Below, in pieces: positions 45,639 to 59,023 of a stretch of 64,000 nucleotides of DNA. The translations under genes were made by a program, and so were the position numbers. Position 1 is the first letter of the stretch. Every line of letters starts with the position of its first letter. Source of the stretch: Takakia lepidozioides (Eukaryota; Plantae; Bryophyta); NCBI GenBank assembly GCA_030704615.1, contig CM060732.1:53320001-53384000 (forward strand), in the 5' to 3' direction. The notes beneath the pieces are model-generated. The model was not told where the DNA came from. It searched no databases and saw only the letters and a list, made by a program, of their open reading frames with translations.

Positions 45639-48257
45639 ATGATCAGCCCAATGATAAATCTGATCATGACCATAGTAGGGTTCGCCGTGAGTGCTACTTT
45701 TATCGTCTTCGTATGTGCACGTCTTCTTTGCGCACGCATCCAGCAGCGTTTAGCACGCAGAACCATTGCACCGGGCGGGCATGTCGAGAATCGTCCTGTT
45801 AGTACTGGAGATGCTCTCTTCTTCTTCCCTTCTATCATTTTCCCCTGTACATTCAATACGTTCCTGTTATCCCTCGACCGGAAAAATCTTTGTCTCTTCT
45901 TTCTTTTCCCCTTTCATGTTGTTTGCTTGTTCAGGAGTGGAAAAGGTACGCTTGATGAGCAATAGACAAGAACGAGCAAGTCAAAGTGGTAGTAGGATGG
46001 ACGGCAGCTTGGGTGGTTGGGACAATGCAGTTGGGCAGTCAGGCGCCTAAAGAGTCGCGTATTTGTAACCAACAGTCAGCGTCTACAGAGTGCTAGAGCC
46101 GGTCATCTATATATATGCCATGGTGTTTTGAAATGTGGGAAGTTGGATGTAGTCTGATGGGAGGACTAAAATTGGTTCACTTGAAAAAGTGCAGACAAGT
46201 CACTGGATCAATTCACGGAAAATAACCAGCATGAACTTGGGCTTTGTCACGCCTGTTTTCATTTCAGGTTGATCGCAGCTTGCGGGGAATGGAGCCATCA
46301 GTCGTGGCGTCATTTCCATGCATAAAGTACAACCATTCAGTCTTTGCTTCGAAGGAAGACGCACAGTAAGCATCACGACCTCCGCGTTCCTCTTTTTTTC
46401 ATCCCTCCTCCATAGCTGCGCGACATTAGAAATAGCGTTCCTGTAATCCCTGGTGGTTATGTTGGGAGCCAATGCCCCTTAACATGGAACATTTTCTCCG
46501 ATCAGCCAGCAGGTGTGTTTGTTGTGCGGCTAAGTACTTAAGTTCTCAAATGTACAGGGTAACTTGGGACTTCCTTATCGATAAAAGCTTCGCTATACTT
46601 GAGAGAGAATCTGTTGTGAGAGAGAATCTGTATAAGTGCCAGAAGAATGGGCTGTCAGGCAGTTTGGGGGCAGGAGAGGGCTGACATGAATTAAGTGTAG
46701 TGAGCTCTCATCCAACAGTACTGGCATTTGCTGGTGTTAGCTGCAGTTCAATGAAGAATTTCAAATGCTACTGTTTGGTCGCAGGAGCCAGTGGGTAGCC
46801 AGGGGTTGAGGGAGAGCACAGCAGGTTACAAGAATAGGCTCTGCACAGATGAGTCAAAATGATGTGGTCGAAGTGAAAGTCTTCAACTGAGAGGATGTTG
46901 TGAGAGTTCATGTTAAGACTGTCCGTACCTGCATCTTCAACTAGCTCCAGCCGTTTGAGGTAAAGAAGATGTCTTCTGAAGCCTTCGATAACTCCGGACA
47001 CAGCTTTAGAACCTGCATGTGTGCCTATCCCTCTTATTTCTAATTCATGGTTTTCTTACTAGTTGGTCTCTCTTCCTTGGCCATTGGCAGTGGAGGAACA
47101 GGAATATAATACATACTTGCTGATTGTTGGCAAGTAGCATGATAACATCAATGAGCATACTGTCAGGACCAAGACATGTTTTAGTTGGTACTACAACCTT
47201 CGAGGGTGTCATTTCTGGTTGGTAGAAGCAGCCGTGCTGTTCAAATGACACATCTCTCCAGTGGAGACCAAAAAACTTGAGGTGGTGAAAGTTTGTTTGC
47301 ATGTCTGCAGTAGCACATTGTGAGTGCTCTGTGCAGAGCAAGGCCAGTTCACTCCGTGTAACAAGGAGTGGTAGAGTCCCCTTTCGTACGTACCATACTT
47401 TTGTCTGTTGTCACTTGATATTCCCACCAGTCAATAAGTTCCCTGTATTGGAACATAAGCCAATGGTTCAGTGTGAAGCGGCACGTAAGGCTGTTAAGTG
47501 CTACATCACTGACTGAAGTCATTCAGACTTCATGCTTATTGGGGGACTGATGTTATGGTGCAATGATACTTAGACAAACTTTATGCTGTGCCCTTACAGG
47601 TGTACAGTGTGCTTGGGGGAGTATCAGGACAAAGAGTATGTACGAGTGTTGCCCTGGTGTGGACATGCGTTCCACATTGACTGCATCGATGCATGGTTGC
47701 GCCAGCACTCCACCTGCCCTATCTGTCGTATCTCCCTCCGCATTGCTCCCACTTTGGATGGCCCTATCCTTCTGCCTCCTCGCATTAGTAGGGCTGCCCG
47801 AGCTCGCTTCACTCCTGGTTCTGTTCCCGAGAATCTCTTTGAGCAGCCATCTGTGGCTCCTGATGTAACCCCGTCCATGTCAGAAGAGCAAGCGCAAGTA
47901 GAAGCAGGCAGATGGACCAGGGCAGGTAGGCACCACGTGTCTGGGGATGTGGAATGTGCAAGGGAGGGCCAGGAGGGAAGTGGATCCAGCCTTGGCCTGC
48001 CTGAGCTTGCCTCCTCCAGTGCACGGCCACACAACCTAGGCTACCAGAGTCCAGGCAAATGGAATTTCTGGCCTTGGAGGAGGTGGGAATGGCGAGAACC
48101 TGCCTCAACTGGTGTGGTGGGAGTGGTTGCTGGCAGACCTCCTTACATTGACGTGAGAGCGGAGGTGCCCTCAGCGTCAAGTTCAGGAACACACCCACAG
48201 ATTGCTGTGGATACAGCACAAGGGGAGGTGGTGGTAGCAAGCTCTTCCGGTTATTGA
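45639..48257 (+). CDS. ATL-family RING-H2 E3 ubiquitin ligase
   Basis: Exons 45639-45797 (TM helix), 46268-46365 (GLD-like [11 protein letters not shown]), 47600-48257 (CTVCLGEY...[27 protein letters not shown]); GT-AG and in phase. Confidence 0.92.
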
Positions 48258-49634
48258 CAGCAGCTTACATTCAATTACAGTTGATGTCACCACTCTTGGA
48301 GTTTTGTTGGTCAATCAGGAGGCAGAGATTGCCAGCTCTGATCTGAAACATGTAATCTATCTGTACCCTGACATCACTGTGATTTGGACCATGCAGCAGA
48401 CATGTTGTCGGACGTCAAAACTTAACATATGCTTCAGCTGCTGTAAATTGTACTTGGTCCTGCAGCTTCAAGGTGAGGGACACATCCACTGATTCTGTGG
48501 ATACTGGACTATGGAGGTGGTGGTAGCAGATGCTCTTCTGGTTGCAGACGTAAGTCTACTTGCACCTATTCTTGAAGGCTACCACACTTTGCACATGTGT
48601 ATTACTGCGGAATGGAGCAAGCCGACTGAGAGATGTTCCAAGTTCTGCAGTTTCGCAGACAGGAAAGCTTTGTTGGCGAAGTAGCAGGCAATGCTCAGAT
48701 TGTCAGCTTCAATCCAAAACATGCAAATTTATTGCTGTGATCTCGACTCATACAGTAGAGGACATGTTATATGCATTGGCTGTTGTATGTTGTACCACTG
48801 ATGATCTGTGTAAACATATCTTGAACACGTTGAAACCTTGAGTGGTTAATTATGAAGTGTTTCTGTTTTAACATATAGCAGTCCATTTTGCAAACCAATG
48901 GCAACTGAGCTACAAGCATCCTGGATGTAGGCAACACCAGAGAATAACAATCCAAGATTAGTGTTGTGGGTAATTTGTTTGTCTTTTAAAAATCAGACTT
49001 TCATCTTATTGGATCTCATGTGTTACTGGAATTAAGAACCTTCCCTTAACTGAATGGTTTATGAATCACTCATCCCCCACATCCAGTTTGGGTTGGATTA
49101 GTAGTTTGTCTCTTTCTCAGTTGGGGCCCATGTTAGATGATGAGCCTTACACATGACAAGGATAAGAGCATAGAAGCTCAATCCTTATGCAATGTGGTAA
49201 CCAGGATTTGAACCAAGATCATTGCCTGGGACCTCTACAAATATGTTGGGGGCTAACTAAAGAAAGTTTACTTATGTGTGGAAACTGGAAATTAATACAG
49301 ATTGAAAACATTCCTACCTTAGACAGTTGGTTATTAGATGTTCAAGACACTTCCTTGTGATCGAGGTCTCCTCGTCTCCTCCGAAGGAAAACTGTTCCCT
49401 TCCTTGTATGACTGGAGAGGGAGATTGCCCATGTTTTCCTCCTCTGCACGCTCTCACATTCACGCGGATGTTCAACGATGGGGAGGAGGATAAGCATTGA
49501 GCTTCCCAACGTATTCTTACCTTCCACCAACTTTCTCCTGTCATGCCAGGGGCTCAAGCAACTGCTAGAGTACCAACCCAGAAAAAACCTATCGTGACTT
49601 GAACATTGCCAGAGTTGATTTGGGAGCAGACGAG

Positions 49635-52600
49635 ATGGGGGGAATGTCGGTGGAGGACGCATTAGCATTTTTGAAATCCTTCAGCACTACAAGTGGAGAC
49701 AATGCTTTCACCCATATCTCTGAGATTGTGCGCAGTGTACGTGCATGTTTCCAGATTCCAATCTAAGCAAATTTTTCTCCGCATTGTGTTTTCCAACTCT
49801 TATGTTGATCTCAACTTCTTCCAACTTTCTCTAAACAGTAGATTCAGTAGCGTCTTCACTATTCATAAACATTTTCTTGCATTCGCATCTCAAACGATTC
49901 CTAATTTGTAGATAAATCATCACAGAGCCACAGTAATACTATGTCTCATAAAGGAATTGGGTGGCAGGTGCTGGAATCGAAGACCCGTGATCCAGTCGAT
50001 ATCCTAGAAACCAGCTTTATCTTAAAGCAGACACGATTTGTTTCCGCTGAGGGAGAGAAGCCAATCAAAGAAGGAAGGGATCCCAATGATATTGTCCCTG
50101 TGAAATCATTCTTCTCGCTGTTCAAGTACATTCTCTCACGGAATCTCCCCTCCCTCTTAAGTTGGTGACTGTACTTCTTACGGAAAAATGCTTTTTTGCA
50201 GTTGTCCGTGCTTACCAACATTCAATTACAGAATATATGCATTTGCTAGGTACGAGCTTGCATGGAACCACTTGACAAGCCTCAGTTTCTTGAGAGAAAT
50301 TTGTCCTAGCAATGTCTCAAATCCTGGTTTTGCCTGAAATGTTGTTCTTCTGGAGCTCATGGGTTCACGCAATACAGAAAGAGCAATGCACATTGAGTTG
50401 TAGAAGGGGGAATGGCGGCAAATTGTATAAACTTTGGATATCATCTGTTGCACTCTCTATCTCACAAACATTTTAACTTGCTGTCTTATTCGAGGTGACT
50501 TGACTTCGTAGTATCGCATGACCTCTGATGTTATTCTGTTGATGCAGTCAAGTTGAGGAGGTGCCCAAAGAGGAAGAAATAAAAAAGCCAGAGAAGAAAG
50601 AGGGAGGAGAAGGGGAAGAGGAGGAAGCTGAGGAGGAAGCTGAGGAAGCTGAGGAAGAGGAAGGGGCTGGCAATGAGTTTGAGGCACAAAATATGCTGTC
50701 TGACAGTGTGTTCTTTGATGCTGTTGGGGTGGGAATCGGCCGTCTTGACACATATCTTATTATCCTGGCTCTCAAGCAACTGGGAGATGATCCAAAGTTT
50801 GGTGTTGAGACAGTTCGATTCTTTGGGAAGTTCTTTGGTATCAGCAAGTAAGATTGAACCTTCTCAATTCATCCAGTTGGAATGGTCTGAAGAGAGTGAA
50901 TGAAGAAAGGGAGGGAAAGAGTGTTTGGGAAGGGATCAGGCACCGAACCTAAAGCATGTCACTGCACTTCTACTCGGTAAGAAATGCTGGAGACAAATGC
51001 CTTAACTTGGGATCCTCCTTGGGTCTCAACTTTATTGTGAATTCACAGATCAAGTGGGTGCTGCACTAAATTGCTGTCTAGACAAAATCTTCAATGATGG
51101 TATGTAGGACCTGGAGGTCCCCGTGTTGTGTGATCCTTCAGCAGAGGTACTCAGGCTCCAATCCTGCTTTTCTAGTCCTTTTCCTGGTCTCTCCCTCTTC
51201 TGCTCCATCCCAACTGCATGTAGGATCTATGCGCACAAGGCTACTGAAAGTGAAAAACTGTCTAATAAGTACATTTATGCAGATTCTCTTACCCACATTG
51301 GATTCCTGTGAAATTGGTTACCCTTGCCAAACTTTGTCAGCCACCACACAATTTTGTAACCACAAAGTTCCTTTTCTTTGAGACTTGCACAGTGACATTA
51401 CTGTAGGGCCACCACCAGGCTCCTTTCTTGATCTTCTATTATGTCATTGCTTGGCTTTGGTCCATTTTGAGTATGGCCTCTGAGGCTTGGACACACAGAC
51501 TGTTATACTGGCAGTTCTTATAAGGTCCTTTCCTTCCCCGATCCCCTGTTCCCTCTTTTAGCTATGTGTGGACTGGGGAAGGGGCCTATGTTCACAGGGC
51601 TAAAGCATACCTAGTCAAAAGGTTACACATTCTCTTTATGACTTTTAAGTTGGTTTGCCTACTTCAAAAAATGCAAATGGGCGTTGTATGCAGCAACTAC
51701 TACGTGTTTGAGAGTACATTGAAGGAAGGGGCAGGTGGAGAAGAAGAAGAAGCTGCTGAGGAAGAAGAGGGGGAAGAAGGAGAAGAGGGGGAGGAAGGGG
51801 AGCCGAAAAAGAAGAAGGAAGCATGGGGGCGGCCATCAGATGGAATTCCACCAGAGGAAGGGGTAGGCACAAATGCAAATGTGTATTGGATGTGTCATAG
51901 ACCTGGTGATGGCTACAAAAAACTACCTAATGTCACTCCACTGCAGATCAAGACTGCACGCCAATTGAAGAAGTATCTGACAGGCGACCCTAATGTACAA
52001 ATCATCCCTTTCTTAAGCCAGAAATGAGAACATGAAAGGATGTAGGTTCTCTCTCATGATAACTCAGCAAACAAAATGCTCCTACATCAAATAACAAATC
52101 CCTGATGGTTCATTTGAAGTGAGAATTGAAGTCTTATGCACTATTTATAAAGCAAATGATGAAGTATGGGCATCATCCAATAAACATTGTGGTGCGTAGT
52201 GGGGATACAGTTGGGGAGCTATGAACCATAAAGAAAGAAGAGATTGCTTGTGAGAGAGATCTGCTCATAACTGACTGTTGACGCAACCAAACAAATTGTA
52301 TGTATGCAGGCAGAGGTGTCTGGATATCCACCCTTCCCTGGAGTCGAGATTAACTATTTGCGAGCAGAGATCGCACGAATTTCAGCAGCTACACAGATAG
52401 CTCCTGGTGGCTTTTATTCGGTCTTCCCAAGACTCCTTTCTTTTCATTTGTTGTAGCAGATTGATGCTTGTGTGAAGGAATTTCTAGAGGATATCGGGAA
52501 AACCCGGATTAATTCTTTATATGAAGGTAAGTCTTACTACCAACGTCAGCCCCTGACAGAGGTAGATTCTGTCCCTTTTGTTCCCGCTCAAACTGGGCGC

Positions 52601-53767
52601 GGGGTCAATGGCCACAAGGCTACGGCAAACAACGTCTTATGAGTACAATCTTTCATTTGTTGTCTTACTACTTCGTATCATCTCATGCTTATGGCATATG
52701 TTTCGTCTTCAAAGCCATGTCATTTTAAGATCGGATCTTGAGGAGTGAGAGAAAGCAAAATATATAGCAGGCCAGAGGGTCAATGGGAGAGAAAACAACA
52801 AATGAAATTAAGGTTACAGGAAAGGAAAACTTTCTAACATGTAAGGGGCCCCAGGATGCACAACAGAACAAAGAGAACCATAGAACTGTTCGGGGTTGGA
52901 GAGAAAGAAAGACAACATTAATACGTACGGGACGAGAGAGACAGACACACAGAGGCCATAACAATGGAATCTAGGCCTAGAACACAGAAGAATAGAATAC
53001 CTCGATTGCTCTGGTTTGTTGAAAAAATCACTTGCACTAAGGGTAAGTATGTGGAGTGAAGTGCTGAGAGGAAACCTTCTCAACAGGCATCTGAGGATGA
53101 GGAGGCAGGACAAACAGTTGCACCAGCTGAGGAGTTTACAATGCCACCAGCTGCAGAACTTGCGTCTCTAGAGGCATGGGTTCATAAGAATGCACACATT
53201 ACAAAACAAGGACGGTGCACAAAATACGACGAACCGGAAGAGGAGGGAGGCGAAGAGGAAGAAGAGGAGGCAGGCGAAGAAGAAGAAGAAGAAGAAGAAG
53301 AAGAAGGTGAAGGTGAGGGAGACGAGGGAGGTGAAGGAGGAGAGGAGGAGACTGAGGGAGGGGAGGAAGAGCCTGAAGAGGAGCCTGGAGCATTGAGAAC
53401 GTTGGACCAAGATAAAGAACTCTCAGAAGGAGTCAAGGCATGGTCAGTATCCTTCAGTTCTAGTATTAAGAACCTCAAGCATCAGGTAATTTGCTTGAGA
53501 TCCTTGTTATGGCCCGGAGCATATTGCGTGGTCACCCCAACAGGATTCAGCAACATCTATGTAGGCTACGGGCTGAAGAATGAGGCCTTCAAGCCCACAA
53601 TGCCCCCAGCAGTACAGAAGGAGTTTGCAGGAGAAATGGTTGAAGCCACAGATCTCCCTCCCAAGCCTGAGCCGCCGAAACCTGAGACTGCAGAAGGAGG
53701 AGAGGGAGAAGAAGGGGAAGAAGGGGAAGGTGGTGAGGAAGGAGAGGAAGAAGAAGAAGAAGAATAG
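49635..53767 (+). CDS. RSPH4A: Flagellar radial spoke head protein 4/6-like
   Basis: Exons 49635-49736, 49968-50125, 50548-50847, 51694-51994, 52310-52420, 53087-53767; motifs [56 protein letters not shown]. Confidence 0.92.
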
Positions 53768-55842
53768 GAGGCTAACGATAGCAGCAGCGCTTTGTCTCTA
53801 TACATGTGCGCAGAACTGCTCGTGTCTTACGAAACACACTTCAACCCATAGCTGCTGAGTAGAAGAGTAGCAGTTGCGCCACTCGGAACCATGACACGCA
53901 AAGAACCTGAGCTGCTGCTGCTCAGTCAGTTCCCCCCCCCACCCCAATAAGGAACAGAATTGGAGGTAGACAACAGGTTCTTTCAGTGGCAGGGAAAACC
54001 GAAGGTGGGGTAGATAGTGTCGCCAACTTTGTACCTTGGAATGAATCAATCCACGTGCATATCTTCCATTAGCTTCTAGGCACGAACAGGAACCCTCTTT
54101 CGTCTTTCGTCTTCTTTATGGCAGGGAGTGGCGCAGGGAAAGCGAAGCCAAGGACTCAGAGTAGATCGCCTCATCGACAATCTTCCTACTACATAGCTTT
54201 TCTTGAAGTGTTTTGCAGCCCATAGACATGCTCCAATGCTTCCAACCCCCAGGCCTTCTTCAAAAGAGGTCTTCGCAAAGATCTTCTCTTCTCCTCGATG
54301 GAGGCGTATCGAATAAATAACGAGTGTGGGGACTTCAGTGGGATTTCAGAAGGTGGTGAATGTATAATCCAGTCATGTTTATGAGAGAAGAAACTTGGGA
54401 CTTGATGTGCACCTCAGACGAGCAAGGGTGCTTGGCTTCTCACTTCCAATGTCAACAAGGAGAGCAACAGTTGGCAACTTCTCTTTAAAGTCACCAGCTT
54501 ATCAGAAGTGTTTTTGCAATGTTTTCTCAAGTGTTTTTCTGGGACACAGATGGATCATCTTGCAGGTCAAGTAATTATCCTTGTAGGAAATAAAAAACCA
54601 CACAAAAGCATGGATCAATTAAGGTGGTGCCACCATCATGACACCTGCTACAACCACAGGGCAAGACAAAAGATAACAGTACTCAAACCGTCCTCACTCT
54701 TCTTGTGATGTGAGAGCAATAGCAAGCCTCAGACTATTCTTGTGTTGGTTTACTTCTCAGATGTACAGCAGCTTTGACTTAATTCTACATCAACGTCACA
54801 AAGAACAGAGTTTGGAAGAAGGTTCATGAGTTTACCTACCGGCAATGATCTGCCATCCATTCTTTTCAGACTTCAAAAATTTCTGAAGCAAGTGAAACCA
54901 AACAAGCCAAATTGCGGTCAGCAACATTAATTCAAAGGCAGGTTGCCTTGAACACCAAGTCAATATATGTGTGAAGGTAGCCAATAATGCAGGAGATCCA
55001 AGCACACATCATGGACAACGTACAACAGAATTGTTTAGTGAGTGATGGAACCCCAGTAGCATTGACAGTGTTAAACATAGAAAGCAGGATTTCTCCACCC
55101 CAACACATCTCATTACAGGAAGAAACTTTCTTGTGGTTGCAGCCACAAGATGCACATACATGCCCAACGATACAACTAGTTTTTAATCTCCAATCCTACA
55201 TACAACAAATACAGATAGCCTGCAAGACCCGGTAGCCTGCAAGACCCGGTAAGGTTGAAGGCTGTTGACCACCATAGGTTACACCCTGCTACTGCCCTCA
55301 CATATGTACAGCAATAGCTAGATCACGATTCTCAATAGTGATGGTAATTCAAGACACCTCACCTGCCTGCAGATGACATTCTTAATGTATGGAAGTGAAC
55401 ACTTGTAGCCACTGCAAAGATTGCGGGCTTTCATTTTGACAGTAAAATAAGGCCACTACATAAAACTAGTTAACCATCTGTATAATTGTCTCACTCTACA
55501 GCTTCATACGGGCAGGTTCCTTATGATCATCAAGCAAGTGACATCAAGATGGCTGTCCTGGGTTGGCATCTGCAATGCAAAGGAACCCATACCTTGCACC
55601 ATGGCCATACAGAAAGCTGCGTTTGCTCCACACTTGTCTGTATAATGCCCAGTTTGTGGAACCAAAAAATGGAAAACTTCTGGAGGAATGATGTACTCTG
55701 CAACACTTGTATTCAACTTTGCCCCCAAAACCTTCAGATTTTCCTCCCCACAGACACATCCAACTCGTCATATTCAACGATAGAGCAGATTGAAGAGCAC
55801 CCCTGGTGAGGGACAGAAACTGCCAAACATCGCAAAAGGAGA

Positions 55843-58800
55843 TCACAGAGGTACCCCATCCACCTTAGAGACGTCCTCACACTTCAGGATAATGCCTTCC
55901 ATTGTGGCTGGCAGTAATAACTTAAACCATTGACAACCCGTTGACAAGGGTGCAGGTGGCGGAACAATCATCAACACATTTTCGTGCCTTTGCACAACTC
56001 CTGTCACTGTCACTGTGCTCCCTTCCTTCACAAAACTGCCATCACATCACGCCATAGCATTAGGACTTCCACGAAAGTAGCAGACATTGGAGATGAAGGC
56101 ACTCCAATGACTTCCATTCCAAACATCAGCCGCCATGAAGGTCAAGTTAAGTAATTGCAAACTCTACATTGACAGATCGTCCCTCCCCTGACAGCGCCTC
56201 CATTTTCCTCAAGAGACCAAGTGTTTTATGTACAGCATACTTAACAGAAGGGAAGCCACAGGTTTGTTGAACTAGAGTGATGGTTTCATGTCATGATTTC
56301 CAAAGAATAATAGCAAGAAGCCATTGGCCACAAATACTCCTCCCCGCTAGACAACTTGACACCAAAAATAGATCTTTACCCTTCCTTTAGCCGCATTACT
56401 CGATCATCGGCAGAAAGATTTCGCCCAGTCAACCAGCGAAGGAAGTCTGAAGGCAACTCCTTGTTCGTTGCATTGACATCCAAGATGGCACTCTCCTCCA
56501 CATATGGGCTGACACGAGCTCCATAGCCAGCTTTCACCAAGGCTCTCAAACCAGTCTGAAAATCAGAAATGTAGAAATCCACAACATATCGCTGTACGAC
56601 AAACACAAACATGTCACTTATCAAAGCAGAAGAATCCTGTATCAACAGAGAACCTGAGTAGGAAGAAGGGGCAAATAGAGCCACAAGGGAGATTCAAAAT
56701 TTAAATTTGTGAAGGTATGCAAGGCGCCAAGCGCATCTGCGTAAATTAGAGTAGTATATGGTATGCTCCCACCACAATATCAAGCAATGAAGAGTGAAAT
56801 TGTAACTAGGACTCACCTCTCTATATCGCAATCCCCAAGTAAAACGGCGATGTTTCTGGCCAGCTGGTTTGGAGTAGAAGTTTCGATACTCATATAGGCC
56901 TGTGGATGTATAGATACAACGGCTTACCTTCTGATACGACGACTCCAAAGGTACACTTCCACATGTCACCACCTGTCATGCCCCTCACGTCCACCATGTT
57001 ATGTGTGATCCCTAGGGACAGCCCTTATCTTTCAGCCCCACAACTTTATTACATCTTGAGACTGCACCCTAACCACGCTATATAGCTTCTGGATTTGGAG
57101 TGATCAAGCAACAAGAAACACCCTTCCCCTTTCCCCTTCACATTAATATCCAAACACGGTTTGTATTTGAATTGCAGTTCTAAAAAAAGTTTTGTCACAA
57201 CCATGTTGCATCTTACAGTACACTCTTGTAACAGAATCAAGAAAATTGGAAACTTCACCCAGGAATATATCTAGTGATGTCCTCCATTACTCTTTGCACC
57301 ACCTGATCCCCCCAAAGAAAAACCAAAGAAGTGTATTCTTTTCAAAAACTGAAAGTTTTGGCAGCTGTTAAAAAAAATGCCATCTTACAACTTTGGTACT
57401 AAAAACACCGTAAGTTAATCCGCACAAGGGTACCTATCCACTGCCTTAAGCATCTGACTCAACCAATTGCTCGCCCTAGTTAGCAGGTCATACAAAGCCA
57501 TCCCCAAGAAGGGCCCCCTGTAGTGATGCTCTCCTATATCACATGCACAGTGAGGGATATTTGCAAGTCATATGCAACAATAGGTCGATCGCAGTACTGT
57601 CGAAAGGATGTTCCTGTCCCCAAGCTATCTATATCTGGACTTTCTAACTCCATAGAAAGAAACATACACAATATAACTCTCTTTTCAGCCTCCTCTAACA
57701 AATCCCAACCAACTAAAATCTTCACATTCAAAACAAACAGAGTTGAGAATTTTGCAATATCTAGAAGATCTGATGAGACAAAGATGGAATAAGAAGTAAA
57801 TTCGAATAAACCTGCCAGTAAAGGGGATGGGGAACAAAAGGAGCTAGTAGGTGCACCTTCTTAAGAACTCACCACCTGCAATTGTAGTAGGAGAAGATCT
57901 CTCTATTCTCTCCTTACACTCTCAGTTCTCATCACCATCCATCCTTGCTAGACTTGGTTTTCCTACTCCAGTGACACTTCTCTGCAATGCAGATTAATGA
58001 GGATAAAGTGCTTACCCCAGTGACCTTGACAAATTGGCCATCCTTAGCTGTGCCCAACTCGGCATCTGGATATGTGGCCAAAAATCCTGTGACTGACCTC
58101 TTGCCCCAACATGTGTTCCATAGAAGGAGCAACACAACCACCCCAAACAGACCTCCCACCACAATCAATAAAATTGGGTTTTTAACGGCTGCAATGATGA
58201 ATGCTCCCGCCAGGAAACCCATGACAAAGAGGGGGATGACGGTCCATAGGACAACTTTTGGAAAACTCTTCCTAAATGAGTACTCTGGGTCATGACTTAA
58301 ATTGCTCATGGCTTGATTGTTGGCACCCGGGCCGCTCAGCAGCTTACTTGATGGGGTACCCACTTCTATAGGCCCTGGCGCCACACTTTTCCTGGTGGCC
58401 CCGGCAGAAGAGAGCGGGCCTGACGAGATGGGACCAGATGTGATGAGTCCCGTGGCCGGTAGCACTGCTATCTGAGGACCTGAATTTTTCGGCTGATTGG
58501 AAGTTGGCAATGGTCCTGACGTCTTCAGGCTCGCATTCTTGCCACTTCCTGCTCCCACTGGATCCCCGCTGCGTCCGAGATGCCCCGACATGGAGCCCTG
58601 CCAGTTGGGTGCATCTGTGAGAGGACCAGAATGCGACCCCGTTGATTTGGAAAATTGCCAGGGCACTCCCGCTGAGGACAAGGGACCTGATGCTGAAAAT
58701 GCTGATCGTGAACCTCCACCGGAGAGCGAACCGGAGTGAGATGACGAGGCTCCGGAACTGCTTGCTTTCAAGGACGTTGAGGTAGTAAGGCCAGCTCTCT

Positions 58801-59023
58801 TTGCCTTGGCAGCTGCCGAATCAACCGGTATATCGAACATTTTACCCAGCTCGCCGGATCTTTTAACGTCGCCTCCTGTATAGGGCATCTGAGGTACACT
58901 TATTGTGTTTCCCTTGTCTTTGTACTGATCACGGTGACCCGACACATACAACCCATTGCTGAGCTGATGAGTAGGAAACCATGACGTTCCTACACCTGAC
59001 GCGTTGTTGTGAGGAGCCCCCAT
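55843..59023 (-). CDS. At1g16860-like (SHOU4-family) plant membrane protein
   Basis: Exons 59023-58016, 56972-56817, 56591-56380, 56035-55843; HQLSNGLYVSG, MPYTGGDVKRSGELGKMFDI, two TM helices, DFYISDFQTGLRALVKAGYG. Confidence 0.92.
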
